The translations under genes were made by a program, and so were the position numbers. Shown here one piece after another: positions 16,623 to 30,110 of a DNA stretch of 64,000 nucleotides. The notes below the pieces were generated by a model. That model did not search any database and was not told where the DNA came from. It saw only the letters and a program-made list of their open reading frames with translations. The stretch comes from Magallana gigas. Its lineage: Eukaryota. The stretch covers positions 42,718,001-42,782,000 of the forward strand of contig NC_088859.1 of the NCBI RefSeq assembly GCF_963853765.1, read 5' to 3'. Each line of letters opens with the position of its first letter. The stretch's first letter is position 1.

Positions 16623-18059
16623 AGACAATCATGTGAAGCCAAGTTTCCTGTTGTCCGGCGGATATACATGACTGTATTGTACAATCGCCCTTGACCAATT
16701 ATTGCATGCTATGACGCCGGTTTTTAAAAAGTGTAATCTATCCCTTATATTGTTATCATTTACTAGTCAATAAAAGCGTATAATTGGACTGTTCTTATTT
16801 TAATGTCGTATGCTTAAAAGGCATTTTTACATGGTTCTGTTGACACATGTATACAAATATGTTTAATACGATTCCTCGGATGCCTTTGAAATTTATTACA
16901 TCGCAAAAAAGTATATTGTTAACCAAAATTAAGACCACTGGCTAAACATGATAGATACATTTAGTAGAACGTTTCAAATAAAAGTGTCTTATGAAAGAAA
17001 ACTACAAAATAATTGCAAGCCAGTAACCTTCACTGAAACTTCAATAAATCTCCGAAATCTACAAGAAATTGATCGTATACATTTGTCATTGAATTTTTAT
17101 TTATAAATACAAGACTTATTTGGTAGTGTTTTCATTAATTATACCTAACTATAACTCGGACAGGTCCACTACCCCCGCCAGCATTCAATTTAGGGCAGTT
17201 TGTTAATGAAAAAAATGGATGAAGATGTAGATGTGTTATCTTATTTTTGCTTGGTACAGTGATACAAGTAAATTCTCGCACAACCCATCTCTGTATCTTT
17301 TTATTTTGTAACTTACTGATTGGGAATTTGACAGTTAATATTGCCCCTCGGTGATATTTTATATAAAGATGAATAATTCATGTCGGACGCAAAATAGAAT
17401 GTAGAATAAAGAAGAGAAATATTTCTTGAGGATCGTCGCAATGACATTGAAGTTTATTCTCATAACTGAAATAACAGTGTATAGAAACTACTTATGTACG
17501 TAGTGTACAAAGCATTTAATGAATGAAAATCATTGTTGTATAAACTGTATGAAGAAGAGGTGTTACATGTTATGTAGCTAATTCTCTCAATTATATATCA
17601 TCATGATATAAATGGACCTGTATTCTATATAAACAGTATATATGTATACGTCCATATCACCATATAACAATTAAGTAGATATTTGTTTGTGGTATTAAAA
17701 AGTGCTTCAAATCTTTAAATATATTGATATCAATATTTATGAATATTGAGGTAAATAAAAAGATATTGAGTTCATTTAGCGTAATCATTATAGTCATCAG
17801 TGGAACTCATCCCAAAATTTATTCAAGTTACAAAATCTCTCTTAAATTAATTAACATCTACTTCTCTTGTTTAGTAAAGCCAACAAAATTAAGAATTCAA
17901 TCGCCCTTTATAATTAAAGACTCCCCCCCCTCCAATAATATATATATAAATATTTCTTCGTTTTTACGGTTACGGGTAAAATCAAAATATTTTTGTTGTT
18001 AATTTTTCGGTGCGTCGTAAGCCATTATTTATAGAATCGGGATCGGTATCTTCGTAGTG

Positions 18060-18126
18060 ATGACTTTGAGCATGCGCAATGAACTTGGAAGAGCGCGAAT
18101 GAAATTTGAAAAAATGCAATGTAAGT
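18060..18126 (+). promoter_or_regulatory. Candidate STIL promoter / non-coding first exon
   Basis: GCATGCGC (NRF1-like), GCGCG followed by TTTGAA at 18105-18110 (CHR-like), strong donor AT|GTAAGT at 18121. Confidence 0.4.
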
Positions 18127-20248
18127 TTGTTATATTTCAGATATTTGATATGAAATCGCATAATATCAGCAAGTTTTCTCAGAATTGTTTCATTTCATTT
18201 CTAAAATTGAGCTGGAGAGTTATGCGTTAAAAAAAACATATATATAATTTTCTACTGAAAATTCATACAACTTCCGGTAGTAAACAAACGTAAAGAAGCC
18301 AAGTATACTGAGAGATTCTTAAGAAGTAAAAACTCAAATACTGAATGCATTTATACAACACAATTAAAACAAAATAGCCCAATGAAAATACAAATATTTT
18401 AATTCATGCGTTTTAATACCCATTAAACAGCAACACGTACATATCACTCACTTCTCTCTGCACACTGTACATTGGCGGAGTTTGACGAACAAGTTCCAAC
18501 TTGACAACATTTCTCATGTGTTTATGGTCGGCGTCAAGTGTAATGATCTTGTGTTGTGCAGAGAATATGGGGTTGAATTTAATGTCAGGATTGATCATAT
18601 TCGTTTTCCAAGGTAAAGAAAATTATTATTAAAGTTTTATTGGAGAATTAATTCAATTTTAACAGCTGTTTAAAATAATTTTCTTCTGAAACAAGGGAAA
18701 CATGTTTCTGCAGTGTGCAGTGAGTAAGAGTATTATCTTTTTGGTTTTACCAAAATCCATAAGCATACCTAATGCAATTTACATTGCAGATACATTTAAA
18801 GGATGTAAAAATGACCATGTTTTAAAAATATGTTACTGTAGTAAAGTAAAAAGTAGATCTATTTTAATCAAGCACATAAAAGTGCAACAAGGTTAGTGTT
18901 TTAAAGGAATGAAGAGTACTATGTTTCATATTTAGAATTGCATGTTTTTCAATTATTATTCTTTACTTTACCAGAAGAATTTGAATACATATTATTGTTT
19001 AATTTGTCATTTATAATACTAATTATTGAATCAATAAACATAATAAAACTTAAAGCATTGGGGAAAGTATATATACACTTTAATAAAGATGAGTAAATTA
19101 TTTTTTACAAAAAAATACCCAGAAAAAAATTCTTTCAATTCTAAAATAATAGATATCAAATAAATGTATTGTACATTTCTAATATTAGAATTGAAACACT
19201 CTTTTCTACCAAGATATTCAATACATGTATATATGCAAATATCAGCAGTAATGCACCAAGCTCACTAATTTACTCTATTAAAAATGATTATGGGGCAATC
19301 CCAAATGGATTTGTAGAAACATGTATGATATGTTAATGCTGTTTTGCGTAAAGCCCACAAGAATTGAATTTAAAATGCACCATTAGATTGTTAAAATTGG
19401 TTTAAAGTCCTTCATGGAATTTCAGACTGAATCCATTTAAATGAAATTAAAACTCCACCCTTGGATATTTTATAGATTTTTGATTCACCTGTTAGTACAC
19501 AAAAGGTCTTCAAAAAAGTTGTAGGTGGTAACAACATTTTACTTGGCTAAAAATAAAACAAAGAATTCCAATCACTTAAATGTTAATTACCGGTATTAAT
19601 ACACATAACTTGCATGTGGTGCACCCAGGATTTAAAAGTACTGCATTCATGCAGAGACAATCACCAGTATGAAAATGTTGGATTTTTAATATTGAAGGTA
19701 ATCGTGAATTAATATAACTGAAATTTTACTGGTGACAGATATTCAGTCATACAGAGTAGGAATTTTAAAATACTTAAGATCAATATTTATTTTAGCTCAA
19801 CTTTGGTTTTGATCAGGTACTCTGTGGCAAACATGTCCAGACAGTGTTATCCAGTATTTTGTGTAATGAATGAGTTGTTATCTCGGGTTTTGTGTCAAGA
19901 TAACACATAATGATAGATTTGCAATTTGTAAACTTATTTAGGAGTACCTTGTTTTTGGCATAGAGTCTTAACATTTTTTGATAAGAATGAGGATATTTAG
20001 GTGTTCTTAACATTTACATACACCCTCCATTTCAAAATAAGATATTATGATACATGAATATATTTCTTTGAGTATTTTGGGAAGCCAGATAATGTTTAAT
20101 ACCAAATAAGAATATTTGACTGTCATTTGATTCTTTTATATTTGACAGTAAACCTAAGAAATTTATAGAATAGAATTGTCTCTAATTTTAATTGATCAAT
20201 TGATTCAATTCCCAATATTTTTAACAGATAACCATATGGAAGTAAAAA

Positions 20249-23200
20249 ATGCCTGCACAACATCATGTTCACTTCAGTGATTCAACTGTAGAGGAAAAAG
20301 AGGAATCTCTGCCACGCCAGTATACTGGGTAGGTGTATATATTACTTTCATGCTTATCTTTTTTGGGTGCTATAATTTCCTTTACAGAACTGAGAAGTAA
20401 ACATTTTTTTTTATTTACTTTTTTTACAAGAACAAAACCCAGCAAGTAAATGAAATTTTGATATGATTTTTTGCTGAGAAGCTAAAAAAAAATCCTCACT
20501 TTCATGTGGAAAGGTTCCAATTTTATAGATATTCTCATTTGAAGCAAGTTTAAGCCATTGAACCTTTCATATGATTATACATGTACATTCATCATATTTA
20601 GATTGTCAGAGGAAATGGCAATGTTGAAGTTTCCAAAAGTGAAGAATATTCTGTGGGACCATGACAGTACAGGAGATGACTTGCACCTAAGTCTGTCATA
20701 TTACAGGTATGAACTATTTCATGTCGTGCTGACAGAACACTTGTTAGCATTTCCCTGGTAGTAATTGTGACTGCGAGAGGAGACTGGGTGGTCCAGCCAT
20801 TGGTCCATACTATTGTCTCCAAATTTACAAAATTGAATTACAATTGACATCTTGGCATAGTGAAGACATTTGTGTTCTGCTGAGTTATTGATCATTGAGT
20901 TCATATAAATCATCATTAAATTCATTGGAGATAGGAGAATCAGATTTATAGGTATTAAATATAAGATGCCCATAACCTTCTATTCCCCATAAGGTTTAAC
21001 ACTGCTTGTACATGTATTATGATTAGACATCTTTGACTGTCATCGAGTTTCTTTTTATTTTAGTGAAATAAAGATGTCTATGGCAATTTTTTCATTCTAA
21101 AAATGTTCAAAGGTTTACAAAAACTTTGTTGCAGGAAACCTCAGTTATATGTCACAGAAAAAGTACTGCGTTTTGCTCAGAGGCATTTAGAGAGTTCACG
21201 AGGCACCTCTTGTAGCTGTGCCCTTCAAGGCTCGATAGCTTTGGATCAAGGTAAGCCTTGTTACCTGCTATACTTATTGCTTGCTATATTCATGTCCAGT
21301 ATGGCATAGGTTTCGTCTACAAAATACAGTCAAACCTCGTTATCTCATACTAGATGGGACTGGTTATAAACTTCGAGATATCAAGGGTGAAATATCTAAA
21401 GTACAAGTACAAATCACTTCGACATATCCTTTGTATTTGAGATATGGGTGTTCAAGATAACAAAGTTTTAATTTCATTTTTAAACTAATTCTTAAAGGCA
21501 TATTAGGAAAATTATGATATTTTTTCTCTTTTTTGACAAAATATAGAACTTCCATGTGATATGTATTTTCTATACTACAGATGGAGAAGGCCTGACCTTT
21601 GTCCTTGACAGGTTTGATCCTGGAGGAGGAGGGACAATAAGCTGCAGTGGTCTGACCCCAGGGGATATATCTGTACCATTTGAGGTATGTCTCACAAAGG
21701 TCTTTCATTATCCTGTTGATAAATTAATATACCAAATGTACATACATGTATGTCTACAGATGTATATTCTGCTGTTTACAAATCCACATCCTACTTATTT
21801 TTCATTTTATTTGAACAGATGTTTGGAAACACAAAAGAAAACCGTCATGGTTCACAAAGTGATTATTTCAATGCTCTCAAGGTGAGGACTTTTTATAAAA
21901 ATTGGGTAATGTGAAGTTTACGAAATAATTTATTTCCAATACATTTTCAAAGATTATGTACCATGAAATACATTTGTTTTGGAGCAGCAAATGTCAATAT
22001 TAAATTTATTGAAATTAATGTTGTCTATTACAGCTTATTCAGCAAAAGATTAGTAGTAAAGACTCAATAGAAATCAGCAATTTTCTCCTAGCAAAAGGAT
22101 GGTGCAGTTTTTACACACATGGTGAAAAGAGTGTTCATCACATAGACTTTGATGTTGTAACCTTAGCAACAGAATTTAAAGTCACACCAATACCAGTAGT
22201 TCCTATTGTGCCAACAGCATTGTCCAAAAACTTGTCTGGGCCAATGAGTCTTAGTCATCTACAGGGGGAACCAAAAACTGGGTGAGCTTACCAAACATTC
22301 CGGTATCATCAATCTGTTCATTTAACCATGTGGTTTTACTTTATATTACTGACACATAGAAACAGTGGCATTCCTTTAGCCAGAAAATATTTGGTTTTTT
22401 CTTTTCCAAACCTAAATTAAAAGATAACATTTCAGCAGTAGAGAAACAGTTTTGATGCTGTAATTTGCTCTTTTATGATTCTCAACTTTAAATCATGGGA
22501 ACCTATAATGATATTGATTTGTGAAACAATGAATACTTGATTGATATATTTTTTCTAACACATAGCTACCTAACCATGGATCACACAAGGAAAGTGTTAT
22601 TAGTGCTAGAATCTGATCCCAAAGTTTTCAATCTTCCATTGGTGGGAATGTAAGTATGGCAGGTTTACTGTGATTTTATACAAATCTCGCAAAGTTTGAT
22701 GAATCTTGGTAGTAACAGATAATGTTTGTTCAAAGGAAAGATATCTACAGATTCATGTTCTTATTTTTTTTTTCGGATTACAGATGGATAAGTGGTGTGT
22801 CCTATGTATACAGCCCATTTGTCTGGGCAAGTTGTATTCGATACCTGTTCAACTCCAGCATAAATGACAGGTAATATTTATGTTAGAGTTTAGGAAAAAA
22901 ATATGTTTGCATTGAATGCATTCATTAGAAAGGATTACTAATCATGCTAAGATATTTCACATTAGAAATAATGTGTAAATTTATTTCCTTCATAGAAATA
23001 GAGATTATTCTTTTATGTACAGTACTTTTTGATGTCAATGCATTCTTTAATATTGGGAAAGTTGACTTCGTGTTAACTCATTGTGATTCTTGTTACTTTG
23101 ATAGAGTTTGTTCTGTGGCGGAACCCTTTCTTTTGGTGCTATATAGTCCTTTACATTCCAAACCTGAGTTTTATGATGTTACCATTCAAAATGCTGAGGG

Positions 23201-26200
23201 AAACATGCAGTTTGATCTGTACACAGGCTATGAAGTTGTTAGTCTACCTAAGGTTTGTAGCAGGTTTTTTTTTTTTTGCTTGATTGTGTTTTGGATTTTT
23301 AAAAACAGTTTTAAAGGTCTTTTTATATGACAGTTGTTTTATGAGTGAAAAAATGTTATATGGCTCAGTGTACTTTCTTACAGACCATTACCAACAATTC
23401 TCAAAACAGTGTGGAAATTGAACTAAGCTCAGCAAAGCCAGGGAAGAAAAGAGAGACATTTGATGCTGCACAACATGAATATAACAGTCTAAGGTGAATA
23501 AATCCCAAGAAACTAGTCAAACTCAGTGTTTATGAAATGAACAGATTATTTTGAAAAATTTATTTTTATGCAAATTTGAATGTAAAATTCTGTAAAACAT
23601 TTATATTTTGTCTATTTTATGGATGGTATGATAATTAAAGCTTTTACACTGTGCAGGCCTGCACTAAAGAAGGAAAACCTTGAAGTGCCAGTATCAGCTG
23701 CAGAGTTGGAAGAAATGACCCCCAGAATTCGACCAGCCCCCTACACTTCACAGGTATCTGTCAAACAATTAAATGTTATGGTACCATATTAATGTGTTAA
23801 TGTCCTGAGCTCTAGGCTTTCCAATGGAATGCTGTTCATTGTTGTTTAGTTGAGTTTATAACTTGGAAGATTTACATCGTAATTTATTTTCTGATTGGAA
23901 TACTGCTACATGATGGAAAGAAGATAAGAATATATGAAATAGTAAAAATCACTGTTCAAAACATTTTAAACTTATTGAGTGGCTACTCATATATGGTTTT
24001 TATAAGTCTGCATTTTTAGATTTCTTTTTATTTTGCTAGATTTTCAATACATAATACTGCAGTATTAATGATGTTTTTGAACCTCTGATTAAACCTTAAT
24101 ATTATGTTGATAGGTGCCTAAAGCTGTCCCCATGGTGCCAGAGGTTTCGCTGATATTTGGGGACGAAAACTCGGGGATATTGACAGAGACTGGACCCAGA
24201 CAACCTCCCATCATGCATGGCAAACCAACAGGGGTTCATTATGTTCAAGACTTTCTGTCCAGCTCTCACCAACCTCTGAAATACCCTCCCTCTAGTCATA
24301 CTCCAGTGCCCAATGGAGACAGCAAGTTAGGCAGTCATTTTCACAGTGCTCCAAACTTACAGCAGATGAGGTCAGCAAAACCACAACAGCAGTGTACACT
24401 TCCCTGCTGTACTAACAACCAAACCATGCAGAATGGTAGATTAGCTCAGAATTATTTATCCAACGGCACTCTTCAACAGAAGAGACCTCAGAATGGTGCA
24501 AATGTATTTCCTCAGCCTTCAAGTACTAAACACCACAGAAGATCCATGACTGCAGTTCCTCAGGGTCATTATGGTTATCCGGCACAACAGCCGTATCACC
24601 ACCCAGTACCAAGCAGTGCTCCATACAGGCCACCACCAAACACTGGACCCATCTATAGGGGACCCTCCTACCCACCCCATGACTTGAGACATTCTTGTTC
24701 ATGTCCTGACTGCATGTACCAAATGCCATTACAAAATAATCAGATTCGTCCTCAAGCTCAAATGCAGCAACAAGCTCAAATGCAGCAGCAAGTTCAAATG
24801 CAACACCAAGCTCAAATGCAGCCACAAAACTATGGTATTCCTGGTCCCAGTGTCAGAGCGCCTATACCTGACTGCACTCCAAAACCTCAATATTCTCAGG
24901 CATTCCCTGTGATGTCCCAGTCAAATCAGTTGCAAAATGCTCAACAGTTAAATTATCCACAACAGATGCAGCCTTTACCACAGGAAATTGTTTCTACTCA
25001 ATCCCAAACAAACACTGCAAATACAAAATCCCAAGTGCCACCTCCACAGGAATCCACGTTGTCTCCTCGCAATGCATCTGAGGCAAGAAGCAGTCAAGCT
25101 GACAGCAGTGGAAGATCAAGTGATGACAGTGGGTTTAGTGTCACACCAGAAAAGAAGGTGAATAATTCAGCAGAGGACAATGCAGACTTCCAGTCTTCAG
25201 CATTTGGGAAAGGAATCAACTGGAACCAGGTACCCCAAGAGGTCTACCAACTTCTGATGCATCAGGATGCTCAACTGAAACAATTACAAGCACAAATACA
25301 GACCTTGATACAAAATCAGAGTGTATCAACTCAATATACAACCATGACAGAACTGAACTCTACTGCAGGAAAGTCATCCGTCCAAAACTCAACAGGAAAT
25401 GATCAGGCGGTTCAGAAGTGTGAGATGGGAACAAACACCACCATCTTTAACCAGAATGATAAAAACTCTGTAGCTCTTCAGACAAGTCCTGTAAAACCTG
25501 TGTCACTTTCTCAAGAACCTGTCGATCCTCTCTGGTCCAGATCCCAAGAGCATCCAAATCTTGCCAGATCCCAGGAATATCAAGATAGTCCCAGATCACA
25601 AGAATATCCAGATAGTGCCAGGTCTCGGGATCATCCAGACAGTGCCAGGTCTCAGGATTATCCAGACAGTGCCAGGTCCAGAGAACCTCCGCACAGTGCC
25701 AGATCTAGTAGAAGTTCTCCGTTACAGCCTGCTAATGGTCAGATGAGTGATAGATCTAGTCACAGTTCACATTCCCAGGAAGGCAGTAACTATGAGGCCC
25801 GTACCCCAGCAGATATCAGACACAGGGGAATCTTGCCCATGAACAGCACAGAGAGAGAAGACTTTGATTTGAACATGACCCAGGGAGAGCTTTACAATGT
25901 AGTGAACAATGTCGCACTTCACAACAAAACCATGGACAGTATTCACTCAGATATGATTGTGGACATGCCCAGTTACCATTCATCTCCATCAAGGTATGCT
26001 TATTTTTCTTGTAGGTCTACATAGTTATTTGGTCACATGAATAATCGGTCTCTTGAAAACTTTTCCTTAGTGAAAAGTTTGACAAAGCAGTTATTCTCTT
26101 TTGCAACGCATTAACACTGTGAATTGAAATTATAGGTCCCAAGTATCTCCTGACTCTGGGTCTGGTGAGATTTCCCAGAGCCCGATCAGTGCCAGTATGT

Positions 26201-27755
26201 GTGGAGACCAGCAGCATTACAGTGGAGATTCAGAGGACGAGGATGAAGAGGAAGGGCCGGGACAACTCAGTGCTGACAACAAGGAGTATTATGACAAACT
26301 AATGGTAACTACTACCGACTGCTCTCAGTCTTCGTAATCTAACTATTGGATACATGTATGTTTATATCAGATCTAATGTTTATGTGTATTTATTATGTCC
26401 TGAGATGAACTCTGTAAGTAATTCAGTGCAGTGTTTTGTTTTTCTTTGAAAAACAGTATTTTGGAATGAATGCCCCCATTGTGTTTTTGTGTTTCAGGAG
26501 AATATCCACAAGCTCCTGCAGCATCAGGATAGTGAGTTGACCGGAGAGTTGACAGCTGATACTCTACAGAACGACCCGCTACAGCAGAGCGTCATGCTGG
26601 GACAGTACCTCAACTCCATGAGGTCAGTGCTATTTATGTCTTGTTGGATATTCTAATATGACGTAAAAAAAATTTAGAAAGATAAGATTTATTTTACTGG
26701 ATTTTTTAAACTGTCTAATTTACAGGATTAATGGAAGCCAGAATCCTGTGGAGACAACATTCATTCCTAAAATAAACTACATGTCTATGATGTTTGAATC
26801 TGACTCTGATTGTTCTATGGAGATCAATGCTATGGCTATGAAGTATCTGAAGGATGAGCAACTTACTCAACTGAATAAACTCCAAACTCAGTCTCGTTTA
26901 AAGGGAAATAAGGACAATCAAAAGGCAAATCTACTGCGTCAGGTTCTGGGTGAAGGCAGAGACACAACACCAGATGTCACCACAACGGGCATGTCACCCA
27001 ATGACATGACCTTCGCCACAAGAAAATATCTGGAGAAGTATGGATTGGTTAATGACAATGACAGTACAAGATCTGGAAATACCTCAGAATCTACAGTGAA
27101 TGACACTTATGAACTGAAAGTCAATTTCTCCACAGTAAACTCACCTGTAAATTCTCCACATCGAAATGTGCCCGACTCCTTTCGCACACCAGTGTCTCGA
27201 AAGTCTCGCAGCCCCTTTTTGGACTCATTAAGAAGTCAGAACAAAACGGGAAGTCCATTCCAGAATACCTCAGGGAGTCCATATGTAAACAGTGTACGGA
27301 CATTAGAGAAATCCTCTAGTCCATGTGTAAATAATGGAACTGTGTCTGATAGAATAGGCAGTCCCTATACTAACAGTTATGATGTGTCCACCAGAACACC
27401 AAGCAGTAGGAGGGAAACAGTGGATAGTCCTCAAGGTCAGGGCCAGAGTAGATCCAACAGTTATGGAAGGGAAGACTCTGCCATGAGAACCCCTGTCAGA
27501 GGAAACAGTCATTCTTATGACAACGAAAGCCAAGACATCACCCCCAAATCTACGCCAAACCAAAGAATGCAGCCAGTGTTGAGACCAGCCTATACCCCCA
27601 GTCCAAATCATGGGGAAAGGCACCGCATGCTTAGTCCAATAACTCAAGAAGAACCTGCAGAAACAAGTGGCCAGGCTATCACTCATCAACAGTCTGAACA
27701 TGAGGAGAAAGTTTTAGATATAACCAGGCTAAAAATGATGCCAAAACTCTTGTGA
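20249..27755 (+). CDS. STIL: STIL / SCL-interrupting locus centriole assembly protein (multi-exon)
   Basis: N-terminal domain motifs [22 protein letters not shown] and LDRFDPG; CPAP-binding PRxxPxP (PRIRPAP, about 23725); PLK4-binding coiled coil [24 protein letters not shown]; STAN motif [12 protein letters not shown]; C-terminus [13 protein letters not shown]. The start ATG at 20249 is the best in-frame candidate. Confidence 0.92.
21326..21460 (+). mobile_element. Tigger/pogo-like MITE remnant in a STIL intron
   Basis: TACAGTCAAACCTCGTTATCTC terminus and TTCGAGATA-type subrepeats; the other end is degenerate. Confidence 0.55.
25538..25705 (+). repeat. 27-bp coding tandem repeat in STIL (about 6 x RSQ[ED]YPDSA)
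   Basis: [54 protein letters not shown] in the 636-aa ORF. Confidence 0.85.
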
Positions 27756-29149
27756 TGTTCTGTAGTTAGGTAAAACTCATTTAATTTATTATACATAGTT
27801 TGTAGATGAATGTAAGGATTGCAGGTTTTTTAAAAATGTAGAGATATTTATTTCTATCTGTAAACAATGAATAGTTATAGTGAACTCTGTGATGTACCTG
27901 TACATAAGCACTTGTTGCGGCTCAGCACTGGTTGCCCCAGGCATGTCTTGGTGGCGTTTTATCTGTTTAAGTTTCTTTCCTATTTATTTTTAAAGCCCAA
28001 GGCTGTGATATTTTGTTTTAACAGCCATTAAATGGCTGGATCTTTTTCTTTTATTTATCTTTTTAAAAATCTCACAATTGGTTGTCAAATCAGTTTTTGT
28101 TTGTTTCAAATGCATATGAATGGTTTAGTTGTGTGATCAACCCGCTATTTGAAATGAGAGTGACAACTTCTCTTGTTCAAAAAAATTGCCATTTTGACGT
28201 TCAGCAGTTGCAGGGTAGAGAGATATTGGTTTCTATTTTTGGATGACAATACTAGTACATGTAATACAGACGTAGAACATTTGATTTTATTGGAAGATTG
28301 TGAGAATGATATTTAGGATCTAAATAAAAACTGTACAAAACTAGTCAGCAAATAGTGAAAATAGTTATAGTATGAGTTGTAGGGCATTGTCATATACCAT
28401 ATGTTATTACTGTATCTTAGAATGAGCAGAAATGCATTTAGATATTAAATAATTGGAATAAATATACAATGTTCAATATAAAACTTATCATATATTTTGA
28501 ATATACTAACTGCATTTATTTTACATTACCTTTTTAACTTGAGAATTCATGTCTTTTCAAATAGGTACACATTTTTGTATTTTTTAGTACAGCAACATAA
28601 TTGACTTTCAATATTTACTTCATACTGGAAATTAATTCCTTGTTTTTGTACACGTATTTTAAATATCATTTATTTTTATTTATTTTTTTTACATTGTATT
28701 TGATTTCAACTCACAATAGTTGCAAATTTTTCAGTTTTTAATCTCTACCAGGTTTAGCTGGGAGCTAGAAATACTTAGAATCAATAAATTTTACAGACAG
28801 AATACAGTCATGTCATTTTTAAAACTACTCTGTATTGTTACTCATTTATTTGAACAATTAAACTTAGAAAAAACAAGTTGTTTTGTACTTCATTATGTAA
28901 TCAATTGATTTGGCTTTTGTTACAAGGACCTTTTTTGCAAAAATACTAACGACTTGATAAATTTGGGTTGTTGGAGGGATTGGCCATTTTATATACTGGT
29001 AATCAAACTTTAGTCTGCACAGCCGGTGATTTCACACTAGTTTCAGCTTTTTTAGCTGAATGCTTTTCCAGAAAATATTTTAAGATATTTCTTTATATCG
29101 TCCTACCCAAAAATTCTCCCAGCATTGTGACTAAACCCTACTCCTTGGG

Positions 29150-29560
29150 ATCATAATTTATATAAATCTTGAATCTACACTACATGAGGATGCTTTCCAA
29201 CAAGTAACAGCTTTTCTGGCCTTTGTGGGTTTGAGATTTTTAAAGAATGTTTTCTCTATACTTCCTTAGCAAAAATTTGACCCCCATTGTGGCCCCATCC
29301 TACCCCCTGGGTCCACATATGAACAAACTTAAATCTACACTACCTCTGGATGCTTCCATACAAGTTGCAGCTTTTCTGACCAACTTGATTTTGAGAAGAT
29401 TTTCCCTGTAAATTTTATGTAAAAATTTATCCACACATTGTGGTCCCATCCTAGCATACTAATATATTATTAACCAATTATCTCTCTCTGCAAAGGGACT
29501 TGACCTTTTATTAAACACACTTGAAATAAATACCGATTGCCCAATGATGCTTGTGCAAAG
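29150..29560 (-). repeat. Decayed HINE/166-bp satellite remnant
   Basis: About two reverse-orientation units resembling the array at 41631 (AATCTACACTAC..GGATGCTT..., TTTGACCCCCATTGTGGCCCC). Confidence 0.55.
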
Positions 29561-30110
29561 TTTGGTTTCAAAATTTCAAATTAGGATAATAAATGTACAA
29601 GTATATAAATACCGTTCTTATAAAAGTTTACAAATAATAGCCTTTTTTAATTTTAATATAGCACTTTGACTTTTAAAAGGGTCATGGTTTGAACAAACTT
29701 GACAACTTTTCATCTGCAAAAAAACTTTTCCATTAAAAATAACCGTTCATTACTAAATTTGCGGTATGATTCAAATACATTTTCATTTGATTAAAAACAA
29801 AAATGATATAAATTAATGATTTATTATTTACCAGTTTTCCTAACTGATACAAAGATTGCTAGAAAATTGCAACACCATATAAATCAAAGATTTAATTCTT
29901 TATTTGTTTTACTTCCCTCGAAAGTTATACAAATACAAGAACAGATACAAACACATAATTAAAGATCTTTTAAATATATCAACAAATATTACATAGATCT
30001 GCATAAATTTTGAAAGCACTGATCTGATCTATTTGCACTAACTCATAATAAAATTAAAAAAAGAAAGGGAAAAAAATAGAAATTAGTTGTAAACACGGAT
30101 TTCTTCTGCA

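Noticed and set aside
17150-18050. Cys-rich (PHD-like) coding remnant
   Set aside because: Multiple stops and no assignable termini; probably old transposon debris, too weak to call.
22944-23330. 128-aa ORF as a separate gene
   Set aside because: It is a STIL exon read through into flanking intron. The same holds for most short ORFs antisense to STIL, MED26, LTV1 and VTG exons.
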